A DNA stretch of 63,999 bases, counting the filler, from Albugo candida (lineage: Eukaryota), in the NCBI GenBank assembly GCA_040437565.1. It is 44 parts of 44 records of this genome, joined end to end, with 100 filler letters (N's around TTAATTAATTAA, not from the genome) between each part and the next. Parts side by side here need not be neighbours in the genome. Positions count along the whole stretch, not along the records: positions 61,348 to 62,664 come from JBDOQK010000554.1; positions 62,765 to 63,999 come from JBDOQK010000598.1; 42 more parts are not named here. One strand, given 5' to 3'. The notes under the pieces were generated by a model, which worked only from the letters and a program-made list of their open reading frames with translations, did not search any database and had not been told where the DNA came from. This document shows, one piece after another, positions 61,485-63,999 of the stretch. A program made the position numbers and the translations under genes. Numbering within the stretch: position 1 is the stretch's first letter; every line of letters begins with the position of its first letter.

Positions 61485-62664
61485 CACCATGAAAATAAAA
61501 ATGTGTTAAAACCCTAAAAAAGCAAGCAAATATCTCCATATACAACAAGTATTTGTTCTATATGTCATAATTTGACCATTTTTAGCTGGCGTTTACTCCA
61601 TTTGCCCAAATATGCCCACTCATATGTCAAATTTGCCCAAATCTGTTGTAGGAAGCAAATGCAAAAAGTAATATATTTTCGTCTATTTGGGTGTTTTGCC
61701 CATATTCGTCTTCAATTGAACACTCATTTGGGTGATATGGTAACATTTGTCATAACACCCACATATATTTGTTTCATTTGTTTTCATTTGTTTTCATTTG
61801 TTCGACATCTCTCATTTATATATGCTTTATTTACCCACTTATGTTCACGTCAACAAAAATTCGATAAAGCTTTTTTTAGATTAAGATCAAAGTACACTTT
61901 TTTATTAGGATTAAAGGTATAACAACAGTCCACTCTATTATTATTTTTCCACACATATTGTTTTTTTGTCCTTCCTATCCCAGCATATTCAACACATGTG
62001 TGCTCATCCGTTTTAGTAATTCCACTTGAATAAATTATACGTTTTCCATAAAACAAAAAATAAACTTCAAATGAATGTCAACATATCTTTATTTGGGTAC
62101 AAGATAAAATATATAACACAATATATAATATTACCGTCTTCTATCTGCTATTTTTATCTACACTGTAACTTAAAAAAACCTATAGAGTATTGTTGCACTG
62201 TATTCATTTGACAATCAAAGTACATCGTTTAAACATTCAAGTAGTCAGTTGTCAATAAATGTGTAGAGAAAGTTTAAACAATAAATATATATTGGTTGTT
62301 GATAAAAATTGCATAGTTTATATGGATGTCAAAGTCGAACTCCATCATTCAAGATGACTTGTTTCAAAGGATCTAATAATCAATTCATTTTATGCTTTAA
62401 ACAATGCTGTATTATTTAGATTGATCATGATTAAGATGAAAAAAAATTAAGAATAGAAAAAAAATTAAAAGACTATAAAAAAAGATGTAGGTTTAGAAAC
62501 TATTGACTTTATAATAAAAGCAAACCTTACAGTATTTTAGACGTTAAATTTCCACTACATGTTTGTAATTGCTTGCGTCAACGTTCAATGATCTATTCGT
62601 CTATAACTGTAAAAAGCATAAATTCATACTCTGAAAAAGTGTTATTAAGACGAAAAATATGCAC
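61485..62664 (+). mobile_element. CACC-terminated element end plus internal segment homologous to 24415-25155
   Basis: CACCATGAAAATAAAAATGTGTTAAAACCCTAAAAAAGCAAGCAAATATCTCCATATACAACAA is the reverse complement of 9065-9128. Confidence 0.75.
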
Positions 62665-63263
62665 NNNNNNNNNNNNNNNNNNNNNNNNNNNNNNNNNNNN
62701 NNNNNNNNTTAATTAATTAANNNNNNNNNNNNNNNNNNNNNNNNNNNNNNNNNNNNNNNNNNNNTTTGTGAAGGCATTTCTAAGTGAAATTGGGGTAGAA
62801 TTTGATGCTCTATCTCGTGGAATAGTTTTTTGGAATAAAACTTCTATGAAAAACAGCGTCCACGGGCGAGAATGCTGTTTTAATAAATTGCCCTGTACAG
62901 CCTGATTTCACATAATAAAGGGGTCTTTTTTATTGCACCACGTGAAAGAGAATAAAATTTCATGTATATCTAGCTTAGAAACCCTATGCTGGAAGCAAGT
63001 ATTTTGAGTACTTTACTTTGAGGGAAAGATCTTTGATGATCGCAAATTGAAGAAAAATTGAAGCAGGAAAAATAAAAATAAATTAATCGGACTCATATTT
63101 CAGCCAATCATTTTTCTTTAAAAGTTGTCCGTATGCAAATAGCTGTGAGTGCCAGCCAAATAGCGGTGAATGCCAGCCTAATAGCTCGGTGTGCCAGCCT
63201 AATAGCTGGGCATACCAGCCTAATAGCTGGGCATACCAGCTTAATAGCTGGGCATACTAGCTT

Positions 63264-63868
63264 AATAGCTGTGGGTGATAGCCAATCATAATAAAGGAGC
63301 TTGCTTCAGCCAATAAGATTACAATCATAAGATGCTCCTTTAAAAACCATGGTCATTAGTGAAGAGAGCTCATCAAGTCATGAAGGAAAGTCACGAGTAA
63401 ATGGCGAAAAAAGAAAAAAACATATTGCCCTTGACCCCCTTCTTTCATAGTAGAAGATGAGCTACCTTTGAGCTACCTTTGAGATACCTTTGAGATACCT
63501 TTGAAATACCCGCACTCACAGCTATTTAGCTGGCACTCACAGCACTCACAGCTATTTAGCTGGCACTCACAGCTATTTAGCTGGCACTCACAGCATTCAC
63601 AGCCATTTAGCTGGCACTCACAGCATTCACAGCCATTTAACTGGCATTCACAGCCATTTGGCTGGTACTCAGTGCTTAAACTACTGTGTGAAGGGCGGTC
63701 AGGCAATATGTTTTTTTTTTGTTTTCTCCATTTACTCGTGACTTTCCTTCATGACTTGATGAGCTCTCTTCACTAATGACCATGGTTTTTAAAGGAGCAT
63801 CTTATGATTGTAATCTTATTGGCTGAAGCAAGCTCCTTTATTATGATTGGCTATCACCCACAGCTATT
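63264..63868. repeat. Long inverted repeat (arms 63264-63429 and 63702-63868) enclosing 11-bp and 21-bp tandem repeats
   Basis: AATAGCTGTGGGTGATAGCCAATC...CATATTGCC versus GGCAATATG...GATTGGCTATCACCCACAGCTATT; near-perfect except in the A/T run. Confidence 0.95.
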
Positions 63869-63999
63869 TGGCTGGTAGCGCAGCTTAAAATGGCTCTGCT
63901 ACATAGTCATGAATTATTGTACATAGCAAAGTCAAAATCTTGAATAAGAAAGTAATTTTGAAAATTGCACTTTCTTATGGTAGAATTTTTAGCTGAACA

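Noticed and set aside
1421..62764. Regularly spaced TTAATTAATTAA as a CRISPR-like or biological repeat
   Set aside because: It is embedded in N runs of fixed length; it is an assembly linker with stops in six frames.

Overview
This window is not a contiguous locus. It is about 44 short contigs (roughly 1.42 kb falling to 1.32 kb, sorted by decreasing length) joined by artificial 100-bp linkers (44 N + TTAATTAATTAA + 44 N), so gene neighbourhoods across linkers carry no meaning. The content is eukaryotic, repeat-rich and probably of mixed origin. Most contigs are AT-rich with short GT-AG introns and resemble Mucorales fungi. A few are GC-rich or intermediate and resemble oomycetes (a Copia RT, a Utopia-like RNase H and RT, WDR18/IPI3). 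Transposable elements dominate: Ty3/Gypsy pieces (gag, protease, RT-RNase H, integrase-chromodomain, LTRs, a PBS), Ty1/Copia RT, two LINE ORF1/ORF2 junctions, an apparently complete Tc1-like element with DD35E spacing, a spliced KDZ transposase, CMC/EnSpm-like, MULE/OTU-like and Harbinger-like fragments, and many subterminal repeat arrays. Host-type gene fragments are MAD1, IPI3/WDR18, an ankyrin-repeat protein and a decayed UvrD/Srs2 exon. The most interesting signals are a -1 frameshift cassette at a gag-pro junction, a Gypsy RT-RH that ends without integrase, a recurring CACCATGAAAATAA-terminated element family carrying shared cargo, a contig-spanning open frame with five in-frame 47-aa repeats missed by the ORF track, and a nested inverted-repeat structure. 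All assignments come from motif recognition by eye, with no searches run. I cannot demonstrate a wholly new biological system from these fragments.
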